Source of the DNA: Octopus bimaculoides
Lineage: Eukaryota
Direction: 5' to 3'
Assembly (NCBI RefSeq): GCF_001194135.2
Contig: NC_068995.1
Location: forward strand, 24,038,394-24,102,393
DNA: 64,000 bases
The notes under the pieces were generated by a model. That model was given only the letters and a program-made list of their open reading frames with translations. It ran no database searches and had not been told where the DNA came from. Position numbers and translations under genes: made by a program. This document shows, one piece after another, positions 51,067-64,000 of this stretch (position 1 is the first letter of the stretch; each line of letters begins with the position of its first letter).

Positions 51067-52199
51067 TGTGTGTATACGTATTCATAAATGTACATATATT
51101 TACATATACGTACATCTATCTATCTATATACACGTACACATATACACATATATGTGTATGCATACATATATGCATTTGCATATGTTTATATGCTTCTACA
51201 TATTCCTCATTTCAATGCTGTTGTTGCTTTTAATAAGACTATATACAAACGTTGCCTCAATATGACCAAAGCTCTTCAATCAATGCTGGGCTATTTAATT
51301 TTTCTTTCCCATTTTTACATCAAAGTCTTAAATCTGATAGTTGGCTGTTTCCCCTTCACTTACCAAATGAGTATACGGATTTAGTTAAGATAATTCATAT
51401 ATTGCATTTTGAATATATTTATAAGCAAAAACATTTTCCATGCTTAATCATCTTAATGTTATCTTAGAAGAAAGACATAGGAGAAGGTTAAATGATATTA
51501 CTTCTACAATTATCTCCCCTGCGAATTTAAACTTCAACACTGCAATGGCGCAAAAATCTCATTAGCTTTAAATAATTAATATACGTGAGTTCTATAATAA
51601 TGGTTAAGTTCACTGATCTCTTGTAAAACAGTTTCTAATCAATGCAGAACAACTTGCATTAGCACCCTTAAGAAAGGCATGATCATATACAATGTCATTC
51701 ATCATATACATATATAGCCTATATTTTGTAGCTATCATTATTTAATAATAATATGGAGCAACTGTGTTGTTAGAAACAGTTGAGCACCAGAATAAATCTT
51801 ACAATAGTTACTATTGTAAAAGAATGTTCAGATTGTATCGATACCGCTTTGCATTTCATTCTACTAAATTCTACGTATTCTATCATACACAGAACACTGT
51901 ATTATTTAATCATGGGAAAATGGTTAAACAAGTTGCTTCTCAATTTGTTCGTTTCGATTTCAATCTTAATTCTCGATTTCTTTGGATAGTGATGTGATTT
52001 TTACCATAACTTTAGGTTAACCAATTTCCTTAAGAGTTGAATCTGATAATCGAAAACTATGCAGAAGTCTGTCGTGCTTGGATATATGTGTGTGCGCATT
52101 TTTGTATATGTATATACAATATATATTCAACAACATAAATGCACACAAGATCATATGTATATATAGATGCGCAGACATGACTGTATGATAAGAAGTTGC

Positions 52200-52336
52200 C
52201 TGTGCAGGCGTAGTGTTCCGCATTCAGTTCCACTACATGGTATCGTGGGCAAATGTCTACTACTATAGCCTCAGGCCGACCAAAAATTTGTGAGTGTATT
52301 TGGCAAATTGAGATTGAAAGAAGCTCGTCGCTTGTC

Positions 52337-52395
<59 letters not shown>

Positions 52396-53625
52396 GGGCG
52401 GGGTGCTTTCTTTTAATTTGGAATAAATTTTGATCACCCACCTGCTTGATATTAAGGTTAGGAAGGAAAGCATCGTTTTTTGCCCATCATTTTTACCTTA
52501 AGAAGGTCTTGCTGTTTTTCTATTGTCATTGATATCATGACCATTTGTAGGATCTGCGCTCTCTCCCCAAGAACCCAAGTTCAGCTAATCTTTGCTCAAC
52601 ATGGGTTTGTATGTCACTTGTTGCTGCAATAATAATAGTTATCAGCTTGCAGTATATCTTGGGTACTGGATTTGCAAACTCTCTATCAATTGTCCATAGA
52701 TGTCCTCTTTCTCTTGTATTCTAGTAACCACATTCGTGTTCAGAGCGCAGCTTACTTCCACAACATATCATAACTCTTTTTCCTTGTCATTTACACAATA
52801 TATCATCGGTTGTGTTTTGACTTGGTGACTATTCTAATTTTTTATTTCCACCAATATTCTCCTGACCCATCGGTCTCAATATAGTTGACTTCGTCTTTAG
52901 GTATTCCCTTACTCGTTAACACCTTCCTAACTGTCCTGGTCACCGCATCATGCCTCATGGGAAGGTAATATATGGAAAATATACTCTCACATTTGGCAAA
53001 ACTGTGGTTGGTATCTTCAGTTTTGGCCATGCACGTCCTACATTTCTTGTCTTTCAATGTTTTCTGCCTTTTATGCAGCAGGTACTTAGCGGAGATCTCG
53101 TTCTTGAATTGCATGGAAACAGCTTTCCAAATAGAATGTCATAAACTTATCGGTACACTTTACCAAGCTTTTGACATGATCAATCCCTTCTAAGGTTTGT
53201 TTTTCGTGAACTGGTACTGTGACAAATAGATTTTGCCAATGCTCTTTATCGGCTTTTATTTGATACCTTTCCTCAAGTTCATTAACTATACTAATTATGT
53301 TGCTAATTTCATGGTCATGAACCTGGGCAAGATCATTACTGATCTCTTTCCTCTGGTGGAGATTTTCAAGTGTCACAATACGTGCATCATATGATATCAA
53401 TAACAGATATGATATATGTATGTATTTATGTGTGTCTATGGTCGTCGCCAATCACCGGTTGGTAACCGGTGTTGTGCTTCCGTACCCGTAACTTAGAAAT
53501 TCGACAGAAGAACCGATAGAAAAAGTATCAAGCTTAAACAAAATAAGTAGTGAGGTAGATGCGTTCGACTAAAATTCTTCGAAGACCAGCATGGCTGCTG
53601 TCTAATGACTGAAGCAAGATAAACA
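52200..53625 (+). mobile_element. SINE family B split by a nested LINE: head at 52200-52340, tail at 53440-53625
   Basis: The head ends in the (TA)n(TG)n linker; the tail resumes after tgtgtgtctatg with ccggttggtaaccggtgttg..ccgtaacttag. Confidence 0.65.
52440..53400 (-). mobile_element. R4/Dong-like RLE-type non-LTR retrotransposon, 3' remnant
   Basis: KCRTCMAKTEDTNHSFAKC..YYLPMRHDAV (CCHC knuckle plus RHD), EYWW..KHNR, VVEVSCALNTNV..EKEDIYGQL (RLE motif). Confidence 0.82.
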
Positions 53626-54824
53626 ATATATGTATGTATATGTATATATGTATGTATATGCATATATGTATATGTGTGTGTAAATATATATATATATGTA
53701 CATGAGTATGTATATATTTATACATGCGTGTGTGTGTGCGTGTGTGTGTATGTGTGTATAATGTGAGAGGCGGAGAGTGGAAGATACGAGAAACTAACTT
53801 TATTGATCCCTACAATCGTTTCAACCCATCTGCCATCGATTCCTCGGCGTAGGCTACTACACAAGTGGTTCGTGTGTATCCGTCGGTGTAGATGTGTCTC
53901 CTCGAGTGATTTCACACAACTTATTTCGGCGTTTTCTTCTTGGTCTTCGTAGATAGAAATGGTAAATTGATTGATATTGTTTCATTTTTATAGAAGATCA
54001 TTAACAAAAAGATCAGATAAAAAAAAAATACATAACAAATTGAAATATCTATTATGAAGCGGTTCGACAAATATATATATATATATATACATTGTTCCCT
54101 TAAACTTATTGTTGGTTTCTGTCTGGACTCTGAAACCACTTTCATCAGTGCTTCAAAAAATATCTCATGCTAATTGTTCCAGGGAAGTTGTGCAGATGCT
54201 TTTCCTGTAACTATTTCCATGTTAAATGCAGTGAACCGTTTATTGACTCGTTTGTAACTATATATAACTAATGACACTAATATTCACAAAATATGTGTAC
54301 ATACAATAAAAAATAATTAATAAATGATAATATAGAGTTTCTCTCTTGGGTAAATTAGTAACACGACAAGATCTCATTTTCATACTGATGTTGAATTACA
54401 GTATTGTATTTAGCCAAATGTATTAGGTGTTTTGTTAATTCTTTTTATAAAAATCCTAACACTATATTGAATATTATTTGACGCCAAGAGATCATCTTTT
54501 GTTGTTTTTTAGTTGACAAGATAAACAAATGTTGCCTGTAGATTTGAAACTTCTACAGAAAAGAGAGAAAGTATTTTGTTTCATACAGATTTTATTGATA
54601 ACGATTACTTTATTTCGCAAAACATAGTTATTTGTTTTATTGGAAACAAAATTAAATTAAAGAACTTTGTTCACAAGCACAAGCCCATGTTTGTAGAGAT
54701 ATATATATATGGCAGATTGAATTAAATAAATACATATATAAACGTTAAGATGTGCTAGTGGGTGTATACAGTATATACAAAGTACAGTGTACTCAGATAT
54801 ATATACCTTTAAACCTTTTATTTT

Positions 54825-54946
54825 TTACGTGTTTCGGTCATTAAACTGCGGCCAAGCCAGGTCACCATATGGTGCCCTAGCTAGGCCGCAGACACAAAAA
54901 CACACACAAACACACAGACACGTGTACATACACATACACACACACA

Positions 54947-55002
<56 letters not shown>

Positions 55003-55110
55003 ACGAGCTTCTTTTAGTTTCCGTCAACTGAATCCACTCAGAAGGCTTTGGTCGGCCCAAGCCTAAAGTAGACGACACTTGTCCAAGATGCCACTGTGTG
55101 ACACCTTGGC
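54825..55110 (-). mobile_element. SINE family B
   Basis: Reverse complement of the family B body (gcttcttttagtttccgtcaactgaatccactcagaaggctttggtcggccc..gacacttgtccaagatgccac). Confidence 0.8.
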
Positions 55111-55157
55111 CAGTTATTATTATCATCATCATCATTATTATTATTATTATTATTATT

Positions 55158-55188
<31 letters not shown>

Positions 55189-55199
55189 TGATAATAATA

Positions 55200-55415
55200 A
55201 TCCTTTCCACTATAGGCACAAAGCCTAAATTTTGTTGGGAGGGGACAAGTCGATACATCGACCCCAATCTCGACTGGTATTTAATTTATCGACTCCGAAA
55301 GTACGAAAAGCAAAGTCGACCCCGGCGGAATTTGAATTCAGAACGTAGCAACGGGCGAAATACCATTGCAAAGCATTTCGTCCAGCGTACAAAAGATTCT
55401 GCCAGCTCAGCGCCT
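55200..55415 (-). mobile_element. SINE family A abutting an (AAT)n tract
   Basis: Typical body ending tctgccagctcagcgcct. Confidence 0.85.
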
Positions 55416-55424
55416 AATAAAGTC

Positions 55425-55590
55425 AAAACTGTTGACAAATGTTATAAACATTACCCTGAGTCTGTAACTGAGACTGAAAATGTCAATATTTTCCTGCACA
55501 TACAAATGTAACGACTTTCCTGTACATACAAACAGAACCATCAAAGCTAATAAACCGGAAATTGTTGTAAAAGGCCAAAATAATGATTTC
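55425..55590 (+). mobile_element. Short R4/Dong-like RLE fragment
   Basis: CYKHYPESVTETENVNIF..DFPVHTNRTIKANKPEIVVK matches WY.H.P..V.E..N..ILWDF...D..I.AN.PDIVV. Confidence 0.7.
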
Positions 55591-55689
55591 ATTTATTTGC
55601 CACAAGGCCGAAGAATGAAAGAGGACAATACAGAGAGAGACATTAGGTGTGGGGGTTTACATATAATAATGAAATGATAAAAAAAAATT

Positions 55690-56583
55690 AAATAATGTAT
55701 ACACGGTATAAACTGCAAAATAAAAAGTGACATGTGCATAACATAAAGAAAAAGAAAAAAGGGGTTCGGCTGATGAAAAGAACCCTAAAAAAAGAGACCG
55801 CAAGCATTATACTGGCAGCGCAGGACCAAGCCTTGGCCACGAACTGGCCAACCTTAGGAATGAGCAAGTCAACCTTAGAAATGAGCAAGTGTTTCCGCTG
55901 TGTCGCGACTGCAATAGAGTGGATGAAACTATTGTCCATATCACGAACGAATGCCCTATACTTGCCCAAAATCACTACAAGTTGTGGCTACACGACCAGG
56001 GAGTGAAAGTGCTACATTGGAAACTGTACGAAAAGCGGGGGCTAAAGAGAGGTATGACGTGGTGTGAGCACAGACCGTATAGAGTGGCAGGGTCGAACAC
56101 TAGCAAAATCCACTGTGATTTCCCAATCTGAATAGATCAGGTGCTAGGGCATAACAGACCGGACCTAGTGGTAGTGGATAAGATGCACCACATATGCTAT
56201 ATAGTTGATATTGCATACCCCTTTGACCCACGAATAGGCAAGAAGGAAGAAGAAAAGATAAATAGATACAACCCTCTTAAGTACGAAATAGCCTGGCTAT
56301 GGAAAATGGAGAACGTGAAGATAGTGCCAAATAGTGTTGGGTCCTTGGGAACAGTATCAGAATCCATCAAAGAGGAATACAAAGGAAATTGGAATAGAGG
56401 GCCCAGTGGAACTGTTACAAAAGTTTTGCCTCCTTGGCACGGCCAGAATAATCGGGAAAATATTAGATAGCTGAAAAGAACGAATGGCATGGTACCGTAG
56501 GCAACAGGCAGTAAGCCCTCTACACATGCAAGACTCTAGGAGCTCCAACAAAACCTGTGATAAGGAGAAAATAATAATAATAA
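55690..56583 (+). mobile_element. R4/Dong-like RLE LINE, 5'-truncated, with (TAA)n tail
   Basis: IILAAQDQAL, CRDCNRVDETIVHITNEC, LHDQGVKVLHWKL, HNRPDLVVVDK..VDIAYPFD..EKINRY.PLKYEI, LLGTARII; short 3' UTR, then aataataataataa. Confidence 0.9.
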
Positions 56584-57706
56584 AACAAGAAATCAATCTA
56601 CCTAACAAATACGAAGAAGAAGAAGAAGAAGAAGAAGAAGAAGAAGAAGAAGAAGAAGAAGAAGAAGAAGAAGAAGAAGAAGAAGAAGAAGAAGAAGAAG
56701 AAGAAGAAGAAGAAGAAGAAGAAGAAGAAGAAGAAGAAGAAGAAGAAGAAGAAGAAGAAGAAGAAGAAGAAGAAGAAGAAGAAGAAGAAAAGCTATAAAA
56801 CAAATGAAATCCAAACTAAAACTAGAACAGCAACGGACCATGATAAAACGATGGCAAGAAAAGCCCCTACATGGTAAATACTGGGCTAAACTAAATGCGA
56901 AAGAAATAGACAGAGAAAAATCCCAGCAATGGCTGAGAAGCTCAGGACTCAAAGCAGAGACTGAAGGATTTTTAATTGCTGCACAAGACCAGAGCCTCCC
57001 CACCAGAAATTACCAAAAACACATAATGAAAAGAAATATAACAAGTAACTGTAGAATATGTGGAGATCGACAAGAAACAATAAATCATATTATCTCTGGC
57101 TGCCCAGTCCTGGCTAAGAAGGAATATATTCACAGACACGACAGAGTTGGGACATACATACACTGGAAGAAACAGAAACAAGATGCTATAGGCAAACGCC
57201 AGAAAAGGTGACAGAAAATGAGAAAGCAACCATACTTTGGGATGCGCCAATACACACAGATAGAGAAATTAAGTCCAATAGGTTGGATATAGTTGTCAGA
57301 GATTACCAAGAAAAAAAATGCTTTCCAATTGAGGTATCAATACCAACAGATGGCAAAAGTGTCTCCAAAAGAAACGGAGAAACTTTCAAAATACAAAGAT
57401 CTAGAAATAGAGGTAGCTCGAATGTGGAGTATAAAAACAGAAGCAATTCCTATCATAGTAGATGCATTAGGTATGATAAAAAAACATTCAAACGAATGCA
57501 TAACAGAAACACTAAGACTTACAAGTGCATATAGCATACAGAAAATAGCACTACTAGGCATGGCACATATCCTGCGTAAAACATTTTCAATACAGTAACT
57601 ATAAGAGCATCACAACAAACTACAGCACATACCTAAGCACATGCCCAAACTACAGCACATACTGCGCTCGGTAGTACAGTGAAGTCACGTGATAAAGATA
57701 AAACAA

Positions 57707-57767
<61 letters not shown>
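56584..57767 (+). mobile_element. Second R4/Dong-like family, 5'-truncated, with internal (GAA)59 and (TAA)n tail
   Basis: KPLHGKYW..WLRSSGLKAETEGFLIAAQDQSLPTRNY..CRICGDRQETINHIISGC..HRHDRV..ILWDAPIHTDREIKSNRLDIVV..EKLSKYKDLEIEV..IALLGMAHILRK; tail at 57711-57767. Confidence 0.93.
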
Positions 57768-57771
<4 letters not shown>

Positions 57772-59083
57772 TGATGATGATGATGATGATGGTTTAAAAT
57801 TTTCGGCCTGCAGTTTGGCGGGAGGAGTAAGTCAACAAACATATACGAATGTCAGGAGAAGGAAAATAAAGTGTTGAGCGAGCGGCTGTCAAGCGAAGCA
57901 AGAAAAATCATGCTTAGCCGAGCACTGGTCACGTGGGAGGAACACAGAGAGGTAGGGAACAGAGAAATTGAAAAATTAGGGAAGGAACTAGAGAGAGAGG
58001 GGGAGACAGAGGGAAAGGTACAAGGGAGGTAACAAAGGTAAGTAGAGAGATTAAAGAAAGAATGCCAAGAAATGTGAGAGAGGGGAGCGAGAAAAAGAAA
58101 AATGGAAAGAAAGTGAGAGAGGGGGAGCGAGAAAAAGAAAAGAGAAAAGAAAGAAGAAAGTCATACAGAATTTAGATATATACTTACTTACAAGCTGAGC
58201 AGAAGGTGTACCCACTGGTAAAATTATTAATGATCTTTTACCCTTTATTATAATTAATATTTGAAAAATTTACTCCTTGATCAAAACTGCATTAACTGCA
58301 GAGAATGTCTTCAAATAGTATACGTGGTTGTAAATGAAAGATGTGAATTATACTTACTGCATATTTCTACGAGTGTGGACAGATAATGGTTGTGACGTCG
58401 CTGCTCACATGCGTATTTGTGGATACTCGTAAATGTATGCTATGGAATAGGAGTAGATAATATTTTTTTTACTTTAAGCTTGAAACAGAATCTTGTACAC
58501 GGTTAACCAAAAGTTTAGGTCGTTATCTTTCTTTTGCTTGCCTACAACCCAGTGTGTTATTCTCGGAGATTTTAAGGTGGTAATAGTTTCTTTTGGCTTC
58601 TATATTTCAGCATGTGGAAAGGCTTATACCCAATCTCTTGTTATAATCATGTATATAATTAAAAATTACTTGTAAAATTTACCTATAAGGTTTCTATTTC
58701 CGCGCTGACCCCTGGTAAAATCATTAATGATTTTTACCCTTTATTATAATATGTGTGTGTGTGTATTATTTTCATTCTAATTCTTGTTTTCGTGTGGCCC
58801 TAAGCCTTTATTCTGTTTATTGTTTTGTCCTTCGTCCGTTTACTGACGGTCCCGTCTCGAGCCCATCTCATCTAGTTATGTTTTGGTTCTGTTCCAAGCA
58901 ATTTTCTTGACGGTGCCTCCAGAATGGAAGCAATATTATCGATAATGACCGAAATTGCGCATTGACCCTCTGGCCGATAACTGAAGAGGGGTTGGTGACC
59001 TTCTGTGTTTTCTGCTCGTCTGTGTATTAGGTATATATTCGTATGCTTATTTACTACACTTTTTTAAAATTTATATGTATGTA

Positions 59084-59510
<427 letters not shown>

Positions 59511-59535
59511 ACGAGAATACGCACGCACACACACA

Positions 59536-59573
<38 letters not shown>

Positions 59574-60572
59574 TACACACACACATACATACACACATTC
59601 ACACACACAGAGACACACGCGCACACACACACAATCGCGCACATGCAACATCATCTTTATACTCACGTACTTATAACATGAAAATTTACTTTTCAGAAAA
59701 TTTAGTCTTGGTGAAATATTAACCTATCAGAATCTATGCTATTCAATTTGTGTGCCATTCTGTTTCAGATTGGTCTTGTCAGCACACAGATATTGCTAAG
59801 ACTAAGAGATTAGTAACGGAACACCTAATATAATCACAATTAGTAAACACGTGATATACACCCAAACTTTTATTAGACTAAATTCTACCATTATGCCAGC
59901 AGTTGAGTTAGTTGGAATTGTCATAAATTTTCCAATATAATTAATGATTCAGCTATTTTGGTTCGAATGTAAAAGCTTGGCAAACACAACAAGGCGCTTC
60001 TTATGAATTAATAATGAACTTTCCTTTAATCGTCAACATTGTGAAGGGTAAATACCGTACTGATATTATTAAGAGGAGATGCAATTCTTTTAGAACAGCA
60101 AAAATAACTGGGTGACGTTGCAGGCAGCATCATTGATATAGTTTAACAATTGCAATAACATCAACAACAATACTTACAACAGAAACTAACAGTAACCTAC
60201 TTTCATCGGAGTGCTCAGCTAAATATACATTATGTAGTGTTTTTTAATGCATTCAGATACTTTTATGGCTTTTTATGTGAAATTATTTTTTCAACTTACT
60301 TGCAATAACCTCTTTATAATTGAATTAATATAATCGAGCTTCGCTGCAAGCACATAAATTCGTGGCGTGTTTACATACACACACGCACACGTACACACGT
60401 ACACACGCACTCACGCACGTACACATACACACATGGCCACACACACACTACGCACATGCATGAGCAATATAAATATATCTATACACAATATGTGCAATGT
60501 AAGCATATCTATACACAATATGTACATATACATACAGATATGTATATATACGTGTGTGTGTGTGTGATTGCA

Positions 60573-60649
<77 letters not shown>

Positions 60650-61792
60650 ATAGACACAAACGTGCTCAAACATACTTACAAATATAGCAAACTTTACAAT
60701 AAGGTAAATCCAAAGATTTTAGTTGACACTGCATTTTAAAATTAATTAAATTTATTAGATACATAAGCAATCTCTTTGAGTATGATGGATTGTTATATTT
60801 CTATGTATGAGGAAATATATTTGTCTAAACCACCTTACTAAATGGTTGACTTTTAACTTTGAGTCAATGTAATGACGTTAGAGTCTTGCTTCCTACTCAA
60901 TCTGTATCGAGAAAAATGTATAAGATACAAGACCATCATAATGAAATAAGTCAGGGAACTAAACCACATAATGTTAAGCCTTATAATCCGTCAATCTGCT
61001 GTCACTGGATTTCCAAATCATTGAACTGCTCGTTCATCTGACATAATTCAAACAGCAACGTGAGCCGAAGCGTAAAATTTGTGGAAATTTGAACTGATCC
61101 TTGTAATTCCTAAAATAAACCTACAGCTTTGTCCTTCTGAGACGTCATATAAATGGTAAATATATTGCTTCGGAGATATAAATTACACATGTACTTTGTA
61201 TAAAAATTGTTAAATATTTCAGAAATATTCCAGAAATATTTTTGAAATATCTGCTCAATAATATTTTTTTCATTTAACTAAATGAAAATATATTGGGAAG
61301 TGTCAAATTATTTTACCTCAAGGAGCTGACATGTGTTGTTTGCACTAGGGTGACACATTCTTTGAATTACACTCGAATGGAAATACTATGTATACTGATG
61401 TCACCAATTATCTAGACTTGTTCTTGTCATGGAAAGTTCTCATTAGTAACTTAGGAAGTAATCTGACTTAAGTGCAAGCTTGTTATTGCTTATAATAAAT
61501 TACATTGACAGGACTTGATGTTATGAAACGCAATTAAGTGTATAAACATCGTCCGTAGACTTCAAGTTGAAAGACCTCATCAAATTCACCCACTTGCTAA
61601 TTATAACCAATCTACTTTACACGATGTTATATTAATATTATGTGTCTACAGGCAAGGTGGAATGACATCACGTAATACAGCGATTTTATGTAATTGTTGA
61701 AATCGATGTTTATGCAATACACATTATGTGTACATATCAAGGATACCGATGTACCTACAGTAAGACATGTATCTCTCAGTCTGCATGTCAAC

Positions 61793-61852
<60 letters not shown>

Positions 61853-61983
61853 TTGTCTCTCTATCTGTATGTCTACCTGTCTATTTATCTTTATGGCTAT
61901 GTATCTCTCTATTTGTTTCTGTCGATCTGTCTATGCACATAGATTTCATTTTGTAGCTTCGCTCAGGTTAACAGACAAAAGGC

Positions 61984-62080
<97 letters not shown>

Positions 62081-62772
62081 TGGATTGATCTACATGGATT
62101 AACATCCACTGCATATTTTACGTATGATATGGACCTAACAGTAAATTATATTTTTTTAAGATTTAAGTTAATAGACTCTAGTCATGCTGGGGCACCGACC
62201 CCAGTATTTTGTTTAGTACTTTTATTATGAAGTCAATAAGCAAACGGTTTAAAGGATCTAATTTATACAGATAGGTATACGACAATATATATTTATCAGC
62301 TTAACATGGTCGCAAACTATAACTATACCGCAGTTTTTATTTGTTTGGTGGCTGTAGCGAAAGAGGTAGGTAGTATGGTGGACTCACCTGAAAGGGCTAA
62401 AGTCAGACACTTTCCCCTTTGGCTAAGCCCTCATCAACTTTTTCAAGTCTCACTTGAAAAGGAAGTTGAAGATAGAGTGGGACGTTTTACTTTCTAGCAA
62501 GTTTGTTGAAAGGTGGGTGAATGCAGAAAGAATGGCCAGTGTGAAAGGACCAATTCTGAGCATACACCTGTGAAAAGGAATTAAAGGAGAAGGGCTCTTT
62601 CCCTGTTGATTAGGCACCCGGGTCTTTTGTGTTTTTTCCATTGTTTTCAAATGTTTACTCGCTGAAAAGCCTTTGTCTCGTCTTGTGTTGTCTTTTATGT
62701 TTGTGTCATGTCATTCAATGTTGTTTTATGTGAGCCCTTGTGGCTAATAAAAGAATTTATTATTATTACTAT

Positions 62773-62830
<58 letters not shown>

Positions 62831-63267
62831 TTAACTGTCGTTTTGTTGGGACTCCTTGGATGTTGCATGAGCAGTGGTCTCGCTTTCTGCGGTCGACGTA
62901 CCATGCTATCTTTTCTCTTCAGTGGTGAGTTTGGACATGCCAAAGACGCAAACATTTTGCAGCAGCTCAACGGGGCACTCTATTCCCATTTCCTCTATAT
63001 TTTTCTTAATACCTTCTGATTACTGTCGCCAAGAGCTCAACGATAATTGCCACTAGCTTCACCTTTTATCACTTTCCACAGTCGAGCTCTCTTGTATTTT
63101 AAAGCATTGTATGTCTATTTTCCACCTTCATTCTAAACTCTTTTGGCGTAAAAAGGACTAAAACAGGATAATCATTTCTGATTTATCAGTAATCCTTTAT
63201 CAATGTTCAGGCACAATCATACACACACATACACAGACACACAGACACAGACACACACACACACACA

Positions 63268-63315
<48 letters not shown>

Positions 63316-63443
63316 TGCCAGAAAACACGACCTCATCGTTGAAAAATGAACTTCTTAACTACACACAGTCTTTTGTTCTTTTATATGTTTCAGCCTTGAG
63401 GCTGCTTCCATGTTGGGGCACCACCAACACATGCACTTATATA

Positions 63444-64000
63444 CAGGGTGCAATGGATAATTATCACCATTTTGTATTTTTTATTCCGCGTGTAGGCATT
63501 GTTTGTTTTTTATTTTGTCGACTACAGAGTATGGTAGGGTCAGTTGGACACTATCTGTGAGAAAAACGGCACCATGACACAATTCACTCTGCCAGAAATT
63601 AGGAAACGACATCCTTAGTGCTTGGCGAATGCCAAACACTACGAAGAGCCGGAAACTCCAATACGAACATGCGCTGAGAGTGATAAAAATCAAACATCCA
63701 GTCAACATCATGGTGTTTGGAGTGATCACTAGTGATGGCGACGTTATGCCTCAGACTCAACACGAAGGCTTGCATTAAGTGCTTGGAGAAGACAGTGCTG
63801 CGCTGGGTCAAGAGTTTGACTGCTGGAAGATCCTATGTCTGGCAACAAGATTCTGCACAATGCCACACAAGCGAGAGAACCTAGTCATGACTGTCAAACA
63901 ATTTCTGTGACCACGATACACCTAACATCTGGCCACCTAACTCCCCAGATTATTATGTGTGCAACCCCTTTGATTATTATGTGTGGGGCGCAGTTAAACG
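63444..64000 (+). mobile_element. Internally deleted Tc1/mariner (maT/DD37D-like) element, runs off the window
   Basis: TA|cagggtgc TIR start; MTQFTLPEIRKRH; KIKHPVNIMVFGVITSDGDVMP; GRSYVWQQDSAQCHTS; NIWPPNSPD..NPFDYYVWGAV. Confidence 0.88.

Noticed and set aside
55116-55200. (TAT)n followed by (AAT)n forming an inverted repeat
   Set aside because: Trivial consequence of adjacent complementary microsatellites or element tails.

Overview
AT-rich, microsatellite-dense eukaryotic draft-assembly window with 10 N gaps, most flanked by (TA)n. The SINE and transposon repertoire points to a coleoid cephalopod, most likely Octopus (inferred from recalled repeat families, not a search). I recognise no host protein-coding gene; the region looks intergenic or intronic. 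Most ORF-track entries are microsatellite or gap translations or transposon fossils. Contents: Tc1/mariner and pogo remnants; RTE, CR1/L2 and four R4/Dong-like RLE LINE remnants; four Penelope-like (PLE) GIY-YIG remnants; and more than 25 tRNA-derived SINE copies. Best lead: an apparently intact type I hammerhead ribozyme on the minus strand (6894-6946), inside a 156-bp rod-folding element closed by 16-bp perfect inverted repeats (retrozyme/PLE-like), with several degenerate hammerhead-like motifs elsewhere. Other leads: a near-perfect hairpin at 26591-26710 between two locally duplicated SINEs, a tandem pile of R4/Dong LINEs at (TAA)n, a 5'-inverted RTE, and large foldbacks. All calls come from reading by eye; TE boundaries are approximate.
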